Part shown: piece after piece, positions 13,354 to 25,323 of the stretch
Layout of the letters: each line of letters starts with the position of its first letter
Numbering within the stretch: the stretch's first letter is position 1
Notes under the pieces: generated by a model
Seen by the model: the letters and a program-made list of their open reading frames with translations, nothing else
The model's database searches: none
What the model was told of the DNA's origin: nothing
Made by a program: the position numbers and the translations under genes
Assembly (NCBI GenBank): GCA_050084985.1
Contig: JBITNC010000001.1
Coordinates: 190,402,001 to 190,466,000, forward strand
DNA length: 64,000 nucleotides
Reading direction: 5' to 3'
DNA from: Nageia nagi
Taxonomy: Eukaryota > Plantae > Pinophyta

Positions 13354-14603
13354 TGTTAAGATCCTAATAGATCGTAACTAGATTATGGCTTACTCCTACA
13401 AAAACATAAATATTTTGCACTAATGGATCACTTGCACTACTTTGAGGGGGGCACCTCCTTAATTATCACTTCTCACATAAAACTCAACTCATTATCCTTT
13501 GTTTTCCTCTAATAATAAGGAAATACCCTATAAATATCTTTTACAACATAAGTAACCCAATGCATAGTGCATATAGGGAGTAAGTGCAAGAAGTTGAGTC
13601 CCACTTTTGGCCAAAAAGTGGAACTTTTTTTACTTGATTTTCATGTTTTGTCATAATTGATCTCAAAATTTGAGGTATTTAGAGTTCAAATCTTGAAAAA
13701 GGTCAATTTAGTGAAAATGTAGTGATCAAAGTCTACTTTTCAAATATGTAATTTATTCCAATACCCATATAATAGAAATAACTTGTTGATAGGAATGTTT
13801 AAACCCCATTGTTTAAAAAATATAGTTTTAGAACCACACCCCCATCATGTCCCTCAAGCATAATTGGAACTAAATTAAAATATTTTATTAAATCCTTTTG
13901 GGTAAAGATACCTAAAATATTAAATATTGTGGAGGATATTTTTTTATAATTTTTCATGAAAATTATTATTTTTATTAATTTTTTATATGACCTAATTATC
14001 ATTTCAAAAAATGCTCATGTCCCTCAAGCATAATTTAACCTAAAATTATCATTTTTATTTTTTTTTTAAAACTTGTTGAGAATTGTATGCAAATTGTGAA
14101 TATATATTTTATTTTTAATAATTCCAAAAAGATAAAAACTTATTTAGAAAATTTGAAACCCTATTTTTTGAAGTTTATGGACCCTCTTTCATTGGAAATG
14201 ATATTAAAAATATTAAATCTAATCTAATTATAAAATAAATAGTATATTTGAAATCTACACTCTCTCATCACCATTGTTATGACCATGAAGTTGCAGGTCC
14301 AAAGCTAAGGTTCAATCCACTGAACCTAATCCAAGATCCTGATCCCCTTGTCTATTTATAGTATTATAGGATCATGATCTTGGGGGAAAAATCCTTATTC
14401 CTTGGTATCCTAACCCCCATGATCTTGGTCTTGGCTCAAGGATCCCAAACCAAATGGGATTAGGATCATGGCCCCCAAGATCTCGATCCCATGTTAAAAA
14501 AACTAAGTTCCATGAGTTCATCCAAAGTGGGACTCAACTTCTGACACTTACCCTGGGACTAAACATAAGAACTATTCATAATACATGTTATGGGGTCATA
14601 AAA
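13354..14603 (-). repeat. 3' LTR of C, split by TIR element D
   Basis: 13354-13577 joined to 14558-14603 reconstitutes the intact LTR at 16866-17135. Confidence 0.9.
13578..14553. mobile_element. 976-bp non-autonomous TIR DNA transposon (MITE-like) D, Sola2-like termini
   Basis: Left end GAGTAAGTGCAAGAAGTTGAGTCCCACTTTTGG; right end reverse complement GGGTAAGTGTCAGAAGTTGAGTCCCACTTTGG. Flanked by TAGG/TGGG. The sister LTR has a single TGGG at the empty site. Confidence 0.88.
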
Positions 14604-16851
14604 TTTCCACCCCCTTAAGGAAGCTTTATCCTCAAAGCTTCTACACACCACACTAACAAAATGTAATACACACCATTCACCTAATCTAATAAGGGGAGTA
14701 ATAATATTATTACCCCCTTAAACAAGCTTTGTCCTCAAAGTTTGCCAAAAATACAAAGTACATATATAATCTATCCATGAATAACAAAGATAAGAGGGAA
14801 CCAAGGAGTCCAACTTGGCCATAGTAGCCAACAATGCATCAACATTGAATATGAGCCCATCAATGTATCAAAACTCTACTCCAAGAGGAATGATACTGAT
14901 GTTGAGGAGGGAACAAAAAGAAGGATCCATAAGAATCCATAAATAATCCACCATGTTGCTACTACCATGTTGAATAGTCCTATGGTGGGTGCTCAAAGAA
15001 AACATACAACCCAAGATCATCCATAGTAATATAAGTGAGAGGAATATCCTCACACTCTACAACTTAATCTAATAGACTCGAACACTCAGAAGCCACATCA
15101 TTGATATGGATACAAGATGGAGGAAGGGCCTCATACTACTTAATGGGATCCACTAGCTCCACATCATCTGTACTAATATAAGTGAGAGGAAGTTCCTCAC
15201 ACTCTACAATGGGATCCATTGGCTCCACATGGATATCGTCATGAACCATGATAGGCTATGGATATGCAAGTATAGCTTTTGATAACTTGGCTAGTGAATA
15301 TGCATCTCTTAGACTTGGTAGATTAAACATGAATATATTCTTTTGCAATTCTAAAAGCCATTAGTGAATAACTGAAGGGTTAATTTCTCATCCATCACAT
15401 ATTCATCACAAAAATCCTCAAAATCTTCAATATAATGATGCACAAAATCAATATGAAATGGTAGACCAATAGTATCTATCATCATCTTTTTTTTTTCTTT
15501 TTTTTTTTTAAACTAATCTAAATATCCTAAATTAGAGTGTCTAATAGGTCTTGTTAACAAGCTCAAAGAGGACTTATCTATAAGAAATTGAAAAATAATA
15601 CTATAATATCAAGATATCCCAAAGGTCATAACACAAAGTTCTGATATTAATTTAACAATCTAGATTAGCACATACATAAGAAATGCCCTCCAAGGCTAGA
15701 CATCCAAATTCAATGCTGATGATGATGAAAAATTACAATAGGGAAACTTTTCAAATGCCATAATGTTTTCTATAGGTATCTAATTGATTCCAGTGATATA
15801 TCATTGGAAATTTCTTAATGAGAGCGTTTAAAACAACTGGTCTCATGACCCCCCTTTGGAATAATAATGAACCCTCAAAAGCCAAAATACAAAACACACA
15901 TCCTTGTAGAAATAAAAGATGAAACTTTACAAACTAAAATGATGTCATTGTATCTCTAAGCCTTCCAATATCTGATTAAACCCTATAACATGCAATTTAT
16001 CCCTAATATTGGATGATGTTGGTGTGAAAACCCCAAATACTAAATACTCCATAAAAATGCAATATTGAATATTGGAACTCAACACATATATAGCACACAA
16101 TGTTGCTATTTTGAATACTTTCTTTCAAACTTCCATTATATTATCAAACCCTCGGATAGAATCAAAATCTTTTCAAAAGAGACATAGATTTGACAATATG
16201 AAAAGCCCCTTAAAGAATATAGGAAAACCTTGTATAGGTTTTCTTTTGATTTAATAGCTGGGAATCTCCCAAACTACTAAATAAAAAGCTTTTATGAACT
16301 TGAGCACTTTTCAAAGCTACAAAAGGTGAGTAGGGTTTTTCTTTGATACCACCAGATCATGTATAGATGAGCATCACATCACTAGCTGCCACCTAGATAA
16401 AATTTCCCAATCATTGGCTTTGCTCCTCATCTAACAAACCTACTCCTTATCCACCCCTCCTTATAGATCTACTACACCCACAATCTAGGCATAGGGCTTT
16501 TTCCAAACACTACATGGCAATCTTCCACTTGTGATCTACCTTATATTTGAGCATCTCCCACCAAGGGTTTCCATAATCATGGCCTTAAAAACTATCTATT
16601 ATGAAATATGCTAAACAAGGTGACTACCTCCACCTCCACATGTCCATAAATTTGCCTCAACTCTACATCCACTCACACCCTTCTCATATCTAAGAAAACA
16701 AAATGGGCTTACACTACATAAATTTGCCCATACAACCAATACCACTCAAAACACCAAAACCACCTAAAACCACTCAACACATAAAACTACTCACAAATCA
16801 TAAAAACCACTTGCACTAAAAACAAAACTATCCATAAGAGCCAAAATCAAA

Positions 16852-16863
16852 GCTCTGATACTA
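16852..16863 (-). promoter_or_regulatory. PBS (initiator Met type) of C
   Basis: Reverse complement TAGTATCAGAGC matches TGGTATCAGAGC at 11/12 and lies 2 nt from the LTR. Confidence 0.85.
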
Positions 16864-16865
16864 GA

Positions 16866-17135
16866 TGTTAAGATCCTAATAGATCGTAACTGGATTATGG
16901 CTTACTCCTACAAAAATACACTAATTCTATAGTAATGGATCGCTTGTACCACTTTGAGGGGGGCATCATCTTGAGAATCACTTCTCATATAAAAAGTAAC
17001 TCATTCTTCTTCATTTTCCTCTAATAATAGGGAAACCCCCTATAAATAGCTTTTACAACATAAGTAACCCAATGCATAGTGCATATGGGACTAAACATAA
17101 GTACTATTCCTAATACATGTTATGGGGTCATAACG
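16866..17135 (-). repeat. 5' LTR of C
   Basis: Matches the split LTR at 13354-14603 and is adjacent to the PBS. Confidence 0.92.
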
Positions 17136-17140
17136 TAAAG

Positions 17141-17834
17141 TGACTATAATGATTATACAATGTATGAAGAAAATGAAGAGGATAAATCTTCACCATCCTC
17201 ACCTAAATCATCACCATCATCCTTAAATAGATCATTACAATCAATTTATCCAAAAACATCATCACCAATATCACCTAAGGGATCACCACAAGCAACACCT
17301 AGATCATCACCACCAATTTCACCAAAAGCCTTCAACAAATGTTTGCAATTAAATCATCCAAGCCAACAAATAATTGGAGATCCTAATATGGGTATTCAAA
17401 CAAGAAGAAAAGTTTCCCAAACTCAAGAACATATAAATTATTCATTATTGTCTCATTTTGAACCCAAGAATGTTGCAGAAGCAAGTAAATATGAAAGGTG
17501 GGTAAAAGCAATGGAAGAAGAGATAAATCATATTGAGAGGAGTAAAACATGAGAGCTTATCCCTATACCTAGAAACGTGAATAGCATTGGTACCAAGTGG
17601 GTATTTAGGAACAAATTGAATAAATAAGGTACAATTGTAAGAAACAAGACAAGATTAGCATGTAAAGGCTATGCACAAATTGAAGGTATTGATTTTGAAG
17701 AAACCTTTGCTCCTATAGCTAGATTAGAAGCTATTAGAATATTTATTTCTCTAGTTGTATTCAAGAATTTTAAAGTATATCAAATGGATGCTAAATCGAT
17801 ATTTCTCAATTGAAATTTAGAAGAGGAAGTATAT
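17141..17834 (+). pseudogene. Copia B INT-RT linker and N-terminal RT
   Basis: Ser/Pro-rich linker, [60 protein letters not shown]. Ends at EEVY. Confidence 0.92.
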
Positions 17835-18573
17835 TGTTATCACATAAAATTAATTTATGCATTTAATTTAATACATTAAGAAATATGTGCCCGCACTTAT
17901 ATATCTAGTTCAAGAATATTAATGTTATTTTGGATATGATTAATATATATCATTGACTTACTATATTCTTGTTTATATAGGTACACATTGACCTAAGGAG
18001 TAGGTCATATTATTATCTATATAAATAGGGATTTAATAGCATGTTCACATCAAGGAGATACATGATCCCATATTTGGTCTTGATGATGGTAGTCCTTATG
18101 CAAGCATCCTAACAATTCTAAGCTTATTTGAGTATTAAATTGAGACCATTAAGAGTTTGTGTGGAGGCATAGAGTTGGTTCAGAATGAACTATAATCTAG
18201 AAAAGATTATCAATGCTCCATGTAGATGAAAATAAACCATCAACACTCCTTTTGAGCATAAAATAAATCACCCACATCCCTCTTTCTAGATCATCTTGAT
18301 TCACAACTTCGAGTGTAGACTCCATTCATTATTGAGGCTTCATCAGTGTCTTCCATTCATCCATATCAAGTATGCTCCTTAAGGTAAGTATACAAATTTA
18401 GTCTTGTGTGGTAATGTCATTTTAATTCTAGTTATTCATTATCTTCTATATCAACTTGTCTTGTTATAAATTGCTATCTGTTAGCTCAAAGTTTACAAAT
18501 AGATATATGTATCTTTTAGGACTGTAGATATTTTAGTTATTTGCATTCTTGAATACACTTTTATTTGTAAACA
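17835..18573 (+). repeat. 5' LTR of E
   Basis: TGTTATCACATAAAATT...TTTGTAAACA. TATATAAATA near 18018. Confidence 0.93.
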
Positions 18574-18667
18574 TTTTGCTTAAATTGATGTTAAATCATA
18601 AGTAGTTGTGCTAAAACCCTAGGGTTTTAGTTAGGACTAATAAATAATTTTGTGAGTTGTTTTAGAC

Positions 18668-21600
18668 ATGGATCAGTTAAGAGTATTCTTGCAAAGTCTT
18701 TCAAGAAGAGATCTTGATGAGCTCTTGGGAGATATTCAATGTGATGGACCAAAATTACCTAATGAAGAAATTGAACATGATGATGGAAGTAATAATGATA
18801 ACATTTAGGCTACTATTGAGGGTATGCAAATATAGATTAATCAATTAGCAAGAGGATTAGTTCAGCCAGATAATTCAAATGAGTTTGGTATTCATCTATG
18901 TGATAAGATTCATGTATGCATGTCACCACTAGATTATAAAGATATTAGATTTTGTAAGATCAGTGGAGAAAGAGATCCTAGGAGAAATTTGCAAAGGTTT
19001 AAAGATGAGTGTGAGCTCAAAATCAATGTGGATTCAATATTACAAGTGAAGTTATTTTCTCATAGGTTGGAAGGAGAGGCTCATGAATGGTTCTATGCTC
19101 TACCTGAAAGGTTAGTTACATCATTTTGAGAATTGAGCAACTTATTTCTAGAATAGTATAAACATAATATCAAGCATAAAGTCATGGTTTTAGATCTATG
19201 TGTTATGAGGTAAGGCAGTAATGAGAGTCTTGAAAAGTTTGTTATACGATCCAAGAAGACATGGCAACAAATCAAAACAAAGCTTATTGAAAAAGAGGTA
19301 AACAATATTTTCAAGGATGCTATCATATTGTCCTCATAATATTATGTCATTAATTATTCAAATTTAGCATTTTATGATATGACATATAAGCTATTGGAAA
19401 AAGAAAAAGTCCTTATGAAATTAGCGCTTGTGAAGTATCAAGATGATGACAAACCTAGGGGCAAAGATAAGCAACTACAATCACCAAAGAAAGATAAATC
19501 CATTCATGTGGTAGAAAAGGTAGATGAAAAGAAAGAAAGGAAATTCATAAAGTTTCCTATACCTCCTAGGTTTATCTTTAAAGATCTAATGGCAAAGGGA
19601 TTGTTACAACCTTTACCTAAGAGAGAGGAAGATGAATTAGTATAGAGGCTAGCATGGTACAAAGAAGATAGATATTGTGAATATCATCAAACCAAGGGGC
19701 ATGCGACTAATGGGTGTGGAGGCCTAAGAAATAAAATATAAAGTCTTATAGAGAATGGAGTTTATATTTTCCCTACTACAGTTAAAGATATAGGGGAAGA
19801 GCAGCATGTTAATGTAATTTTCCATGAATAAGTATGCACAACACTTACAAGAGGAAGATCAAGAGTAGCAACAAATCTTATCATATGTGAAAAAGAGATT
19901 CTTAAAGATCCAAGAGGTTTTTACCTCATTGAGCAACTCAAGAACACATAAGAAAAGGTTAGTTTATTTGAATTACTTCAAATTTTAGAACCTCATAGAG
20001 AAATGATGAATTATATTTTCAAGAATAGTCAAATATATAAGAACATATCAATCACTACGTTTATGAAAAAGGGAAAAATATGGAGTAAAGCAGATGTTAT
20101 CACTTTTCACCCTAGTGAAAGACCTAGCAAAGATGTGACCTAGTTACATCCACCATTGTTTATTAAAATGAATATATTTGGTAATATAGTTAAAAGATAA
20201 TTGATATATGGTGGTGTAGCTTTGAATATTTCCACCACTTGCTTTCATAGTTTGATCTAGATTTGTTACCTCCAAGAGAAGAGACTACCATGAGAGTTAA
20301 GGGGTTTTATGGTGTTCCAAAGAAATATGCAAGAATCATCACACTTTCAATCAAAGTGGGAAACAAGGTGCTTCAAACCCTCTTCTACATTACAAATGGA
20401 AAACCTTGTTTTAATTTTATTCTTAGAAGACCTTGGATAGATGACATGGAAGGAGTAGCATCCACTTTTCATAGATGTTTTAAATTTTGTTTTAAAGGAA
20501 ATGGTTACAACTTAGAAGTAGATGAGTAGATAACCAAGCAGTGCAATTATGTTCTCCTTGAGATATTTATTATATATGATGCAAAGTATGAGGCTATCCT
20601 ACCTAAGAATGATTAGGTTTAGAGAAAAGCATTACAAAAAATCAATGTCAAAGATATTAGATTTGGTTCGTACACTATCATAGATGTTAATAATATCAAT
20701 ATAGAGAGAGAATTGGATGGATGGTAGGAGGCTCAAGAAAAGGATCATATATAATCCTTTTAGCTCCATAAATATTGTTTATGGTCCTATTTAGAAGAAA
20801 TCATAGAAGAAAACAAATATTGCATTGTCTCCCATCGTATCATGACAGTCAACATAGTTGTTCGTTAGTAACATAAGAAGACAAATAGGTAAGAGATGAT
20901 CAAAATTGCTTTGTTATTGAATGTGAAATATATGATGAAGATGCAATACATTCTATCAATTTGTTTTATAATGATGATGCTTTCTTCGAATCTATGGGTG
21001 CTAGAACTGAATATCTAGCTAGGCATGAAAAGAGGACTCACAAACATTATCTAGATGTGCATGATTGCTTTGGTGAATATATGGAGGATAAAATCAAAGG
21101 GTTGGAAGAATTACCATTTACCACACCATTAGAATTAGAAATGACTTGGTTGAATGAAGAGATAGAGGAGGTCAACATTGGTTCTCAAGGGACATCATAA
21201 TTCCTAAAAATAGGTAAGCTCCTTGAGGAACCTTTGCAAAATGAGTTGATTCAATCCTTTCATGATTATTCTAAATTATTTTTATAGTGATATAAAGATA
21301 TGCCTAGATTAGAAGAAAATTTTGTATTACATAACTTGGTTGTTGAGAAAGGAGCAGTTCTTATAAAGCAAAAACCAAGGAATATACCTTTTCATATTTC
21401 TTTACTAGTTAAGAAGGAAATAGAGAAACTATTGGAAGCTAGTTTTATTAGACCCATTGATTATTTAGAGTGGAAGTATAATGTAGTTTTGGTAAAGAAA
21501 CCTATAGGTGCAATTAGAGTATGTACTAATTTCAAAGATCTTAATAAAGTATGTCCAAAAGATGACTTCCCACTCCCCAACATAGATATGATCATTGATA

Positions 21601-24508
21601 GTTTGGTAGGTTATGAGATGTTATCATTTATAGATGGATTTTTAGGATATAATCAAATCAAATCAAAATCAAGTAAAATTATCAGCATAAAATAGACTTT
21701 AGAACTCCTTGGAGCAACTTTTTCTACAAGATAATGCCATTTAGTCTTAATAATGGAGGGGCCACATATCAAAAAGCAATGACAACCATGTTTCATGACT
21801 TCATTCATAAAATAGTAGAGATTTATGTAGATGATATCTTGATAAAGTCAAAGAATAAAGAAGATCATGTCAAGGATATAAAATAAACATTTAAAAGGAT
21901 GAATAAGTACAAGTTAAGAATCAAGCCTCAAAAATGTGTATTTGGGGTATCGTTAAGAAAACTCTTGGGGCATATTGTCTCTAGGAGAGGAGTTGAAATG
22001 GATCCAAAGCAAATTAAAGCCATCACAGAAATGTCTCCTCCTACAAATATTAAGCAATTGAGAAATATTCAAGGTAAGATTCAAGTTGTAAGAAGATTTA
22101 TTTTTCAATTAATAGATAAGATAGCTCCTATGTCTCATTTACTTAAGAAAGAAGTTGAGTTTAAATGGGATGCTAAGTGTCAAGAAGGATTTGATAGAAT
22201 AAAAGAGTATTTGCTACATCCACAGGTATTAGCTCCATATAGGCACAAAGAAACTCTTTGGCTCTATATATCAACTATAGAACATTCATTTTTGGTAATG
22301 TTGGCAAACAAAGAAGAAGATGGTAAAGAGAGAGCAGTATATTTAATTAGTAAAACATTGAAAGAATATGAAACTAGGTACACACCCATTGAGAAGTTAT
22401 GTTAATGTATAGTATTTACTACTGAGAGGTTGAGGCATTATATGATCAATAACACAACACATGGACTTACTCAAGCAAAAATATTAAGATATATAATTTC
22501 AAAACCATGCCTCAATGGAAGGTTAGCAAAATGGATCATGCTACTTCAGGAGTTTGACCTCAAATTTGTGAAACAAAAATTAGTTAAAGGGTAGGTAGTC
22601 ATATATTTTATTGCAGAGTTTCCCACAAAAGATAGTATAGAACTTAGAGAAGAATTTTAGGATGAATATGCTTTGGTAGAAACCACAAATCATGCAAAAG
22701 AGGGCCACCCATGACCTTTTAAAGAACATAGGAATATTGATGTTCCTCTTTCAGAGGTATTAGAATGCTGGAAAATGTATTCTGATGGATCATGATGTAT
22801 GCAAGGTTCAAAAGCAAGAATAGCATTGATATCACCTCAAAATGATGTAATTACCATGTCATATAAACTATCATTTGAATGAACTAACAATATGGTAGAA
22901 TATGAATATCTTATAATAGGAATAAAAGCAACTATAGAGATTGGCATTACACATTTGCATATTTGAATTAAGTCAATGAGGTTTATAACACCAAGGATGA
23001 AAACCTTATTCCATATAAATTTCTTTATTACAAAAATAATTGCTTACTTTGAAGAGTATCAATTAAAAAATATTATAAGAAATAATAATAGGCTGGCTGA
23101 TGTAATGGTAAGTGCAACTTCACCTATACCAATTGAGATAGAAAGTAGCAAGACTACTTTCACTATCAAGAACTTAGGAACTCCATTAATTGCTAAGAAG
23201 GACTTGAAAATGGTATGTGTTGATCAAAAGGTTGGTTACAAGGTAATTTCTTGGTACCAACACATATTCATATATTTGAGGGATAAATTTATTAATGCTA
23301 CACTTGATAAGAGAGAACAAATTAGAATAAAAAGGCTTGTATGAAGTATGTTATTATTGGTGATATACTTTATAAAAGATCATTTAGTGGTATTCTTTTG
23401 AGATGTCTTCATGATGATGAGATTGAAACAACATTAGAACATGCTTATGGAGGAGTATATGGTGGTCATTTCAATGGAAGATTAGTTTATGGCAAGTTGA
23501 TTAGGATGGGTTATTGGTGGCCCACCATGGAACATGATTCTTATGAACATGTCAAGAAGTGTGAGCAATGTCAAAAGCATGCACACTTAGAATTAACACC
23601 TACTCAAGAGTTGAACTATGTCACATCACCATGGCCTCTCTCAATGTGGACTTTGGAGTTCATGAGTGTTATCAATCATCCATCTAGTGAGAGGCACAAA
23701 TTTATCTTGGTTGTCATTGAATACTATACTAAATGGGTTGAGGCAATTCCTTTGAAGATAGCTATACAAAAATATGTTATCAATTTCATCAAGGAATATA
23801 TAATTTGTAGATTTTCCATACCTCAAAAGCTAATCATGGATAATGGTGCAAATTTCATAGGAAAAGATATCAAAGAATTTTGTAAAAAGATGAAGGTTGA
23901 ACAAAGATTTTCTTTAGTTTACTATCCCAAAGGGAATGGATAAGCTGAAGCAACAAATAAAATAATCAAGAAGATATTGGCAAAAACTCTTAAGAAGAAT
24001 GGTGGAGATTGGCATGATCAATTACCATATGCCTTATGGGAATATAGAACAATTGAAAGAATAATAATAGATGCTACTCCATACTCTCTTGTGTATGGTG
24101 ATGAAGCAGTCATTCCACTTGAAATTGAGATCCCTTCTTTGAGAATTGCACTCAAAGATATCATGAAGGGACCAGAAAAATGGGAAGTAAGATTAAATAA
24201 ATTAGAGGTATTATATGAGAAAAGAATTAATGCACTAGAACATCTTGGAACATATCAACAAAGAATAAATAGGGCCTATAGAAAGAAACTGGTACCCAAA
24301 GCATTTGAGGTTGGAGATATAGTTCTCCAAGAGAATGTTTCTAACACTATAATAAAAGATGAGCTTAAAGGAAAGTTTGAAACAAATTGGGTTGGCTCAT
24401 ACATCATCATAGAGGTATTTGGTAGAGGTGCAAACATTGTCTACATTATATGGGGAGGTTTTCAAAATCCCCATCAATGCTAGGCACTTAAAGAAGTTCA
24501 ACATCTAA
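18668..24508 (+). pseudogene. gag-pol of E: gag, PR, RT, RH, aRH, INT
   Basis: KLFSHRLEGEAHEWFYALP; CEYHQTKGHATNGC; LI(Y)GGVALNI; CPKDDFPLPNID; IYVDDIL (~21820); ERAVYLISK; WKMY(S)DGS and TNNMVEYE (~22770-22905); GGHFNG..GYWWPTM..CEQCQKH; YYTKWVEA; KFETNWVG. Confidence 0.95.
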
Positions 24509-24709
24509 GCAACCTATGGGTCATACCATACATCTATTTCTATAAAAATGTTACTATAGGAATAAGCATGGAAAAAATGGCATAAAAATCCAAAAATAAA
24601 AGGTCATTTTAGTATCATAAGAGGAGCACCAATGCTCTATTTTAGCAAAAAAGCACCACCTATGGTCCTATTATACAGTCATAAACAAGAAAAATAAAGA
24701 TCATTAGAT

Positions 24710-24912
24710 ACCCCTTGGTGCAAAGTTTCAGCTCTTAGATCATAAAATTTGTATTCCTTTTAGCGTAGAGTTTTAGCTCTCATATCATCATCCTAGTTTC
24801 CTACCTCTTGGCAGAGTTCTAGCTCCACTCCTTATTGTAATATGCTTCTTCGTGGAGTTTTAGCTCCTAGTTTTATCATTATGCCTCTTGGCAAGAAGTT
24901 CAGGCTCCACAA
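24710..24912 (+). repeat. Degenerate ~45-50 bp tandem repeats in the 3' UTR of E
   Basis: Five units sharing the core (CTCTTGG)..RGAGTTYYAGCTCY. Confidence 0.75.
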
Positions 24913-25323
24913 GATCAATGGATAGAATCATAAATGACATGAGATGGTTGCACTCCACATATCAGAATATATCAAAAATATAGGTAATTATCATTAGTTA
25001 ACTCTTGGTAGATGGCTATGGACCCTAGAACTCTTTCTTTTGCAAGTTATCATTAGAGCTCATGGAGCATATCAAAACCAACTAGGGGCAACATGATGGA
25101 TATCATATGAGGGGGTTTTCTTAAACTCATACCTTTTTTCAATATGATTTCTTATCTTTCTTATATCTTTATCATAGTTCACTATCAAAATAGATTGATT
25201 AGTGTTGGTATGATGCTTGTCTATACTTATCAATATTTTATTGCTTTGACATCTTGGTTATACTTTGAATAAAAATCTCAATGCACCTAGTGATTTTTAA
25301 TTTATCATCCAAAGTGGGGTATC

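Larger units (their letters stand above)
13354..17135 (-). mobile_element. Small non-autonomous LTR element C (TRIM/LARD-like, gypsy-type 3' end)
   Basis: ~270-bp LTRs beginning TGTTAAGATCCTAATAGATCG at 13354 and 16866. TSD TAAAG at 13349-13353 and 17136-17140. Minus-strand PBS at 16852-16863 and PPT at ~14604-14617. No recognisable pol in the 2.26-kb interior. Confidence 0.9.

Noticed and set aside
21300-24483. Longest ORFs as functional genes
   Set aside because: They are fragments of one pol broken by stops and frameshifts.
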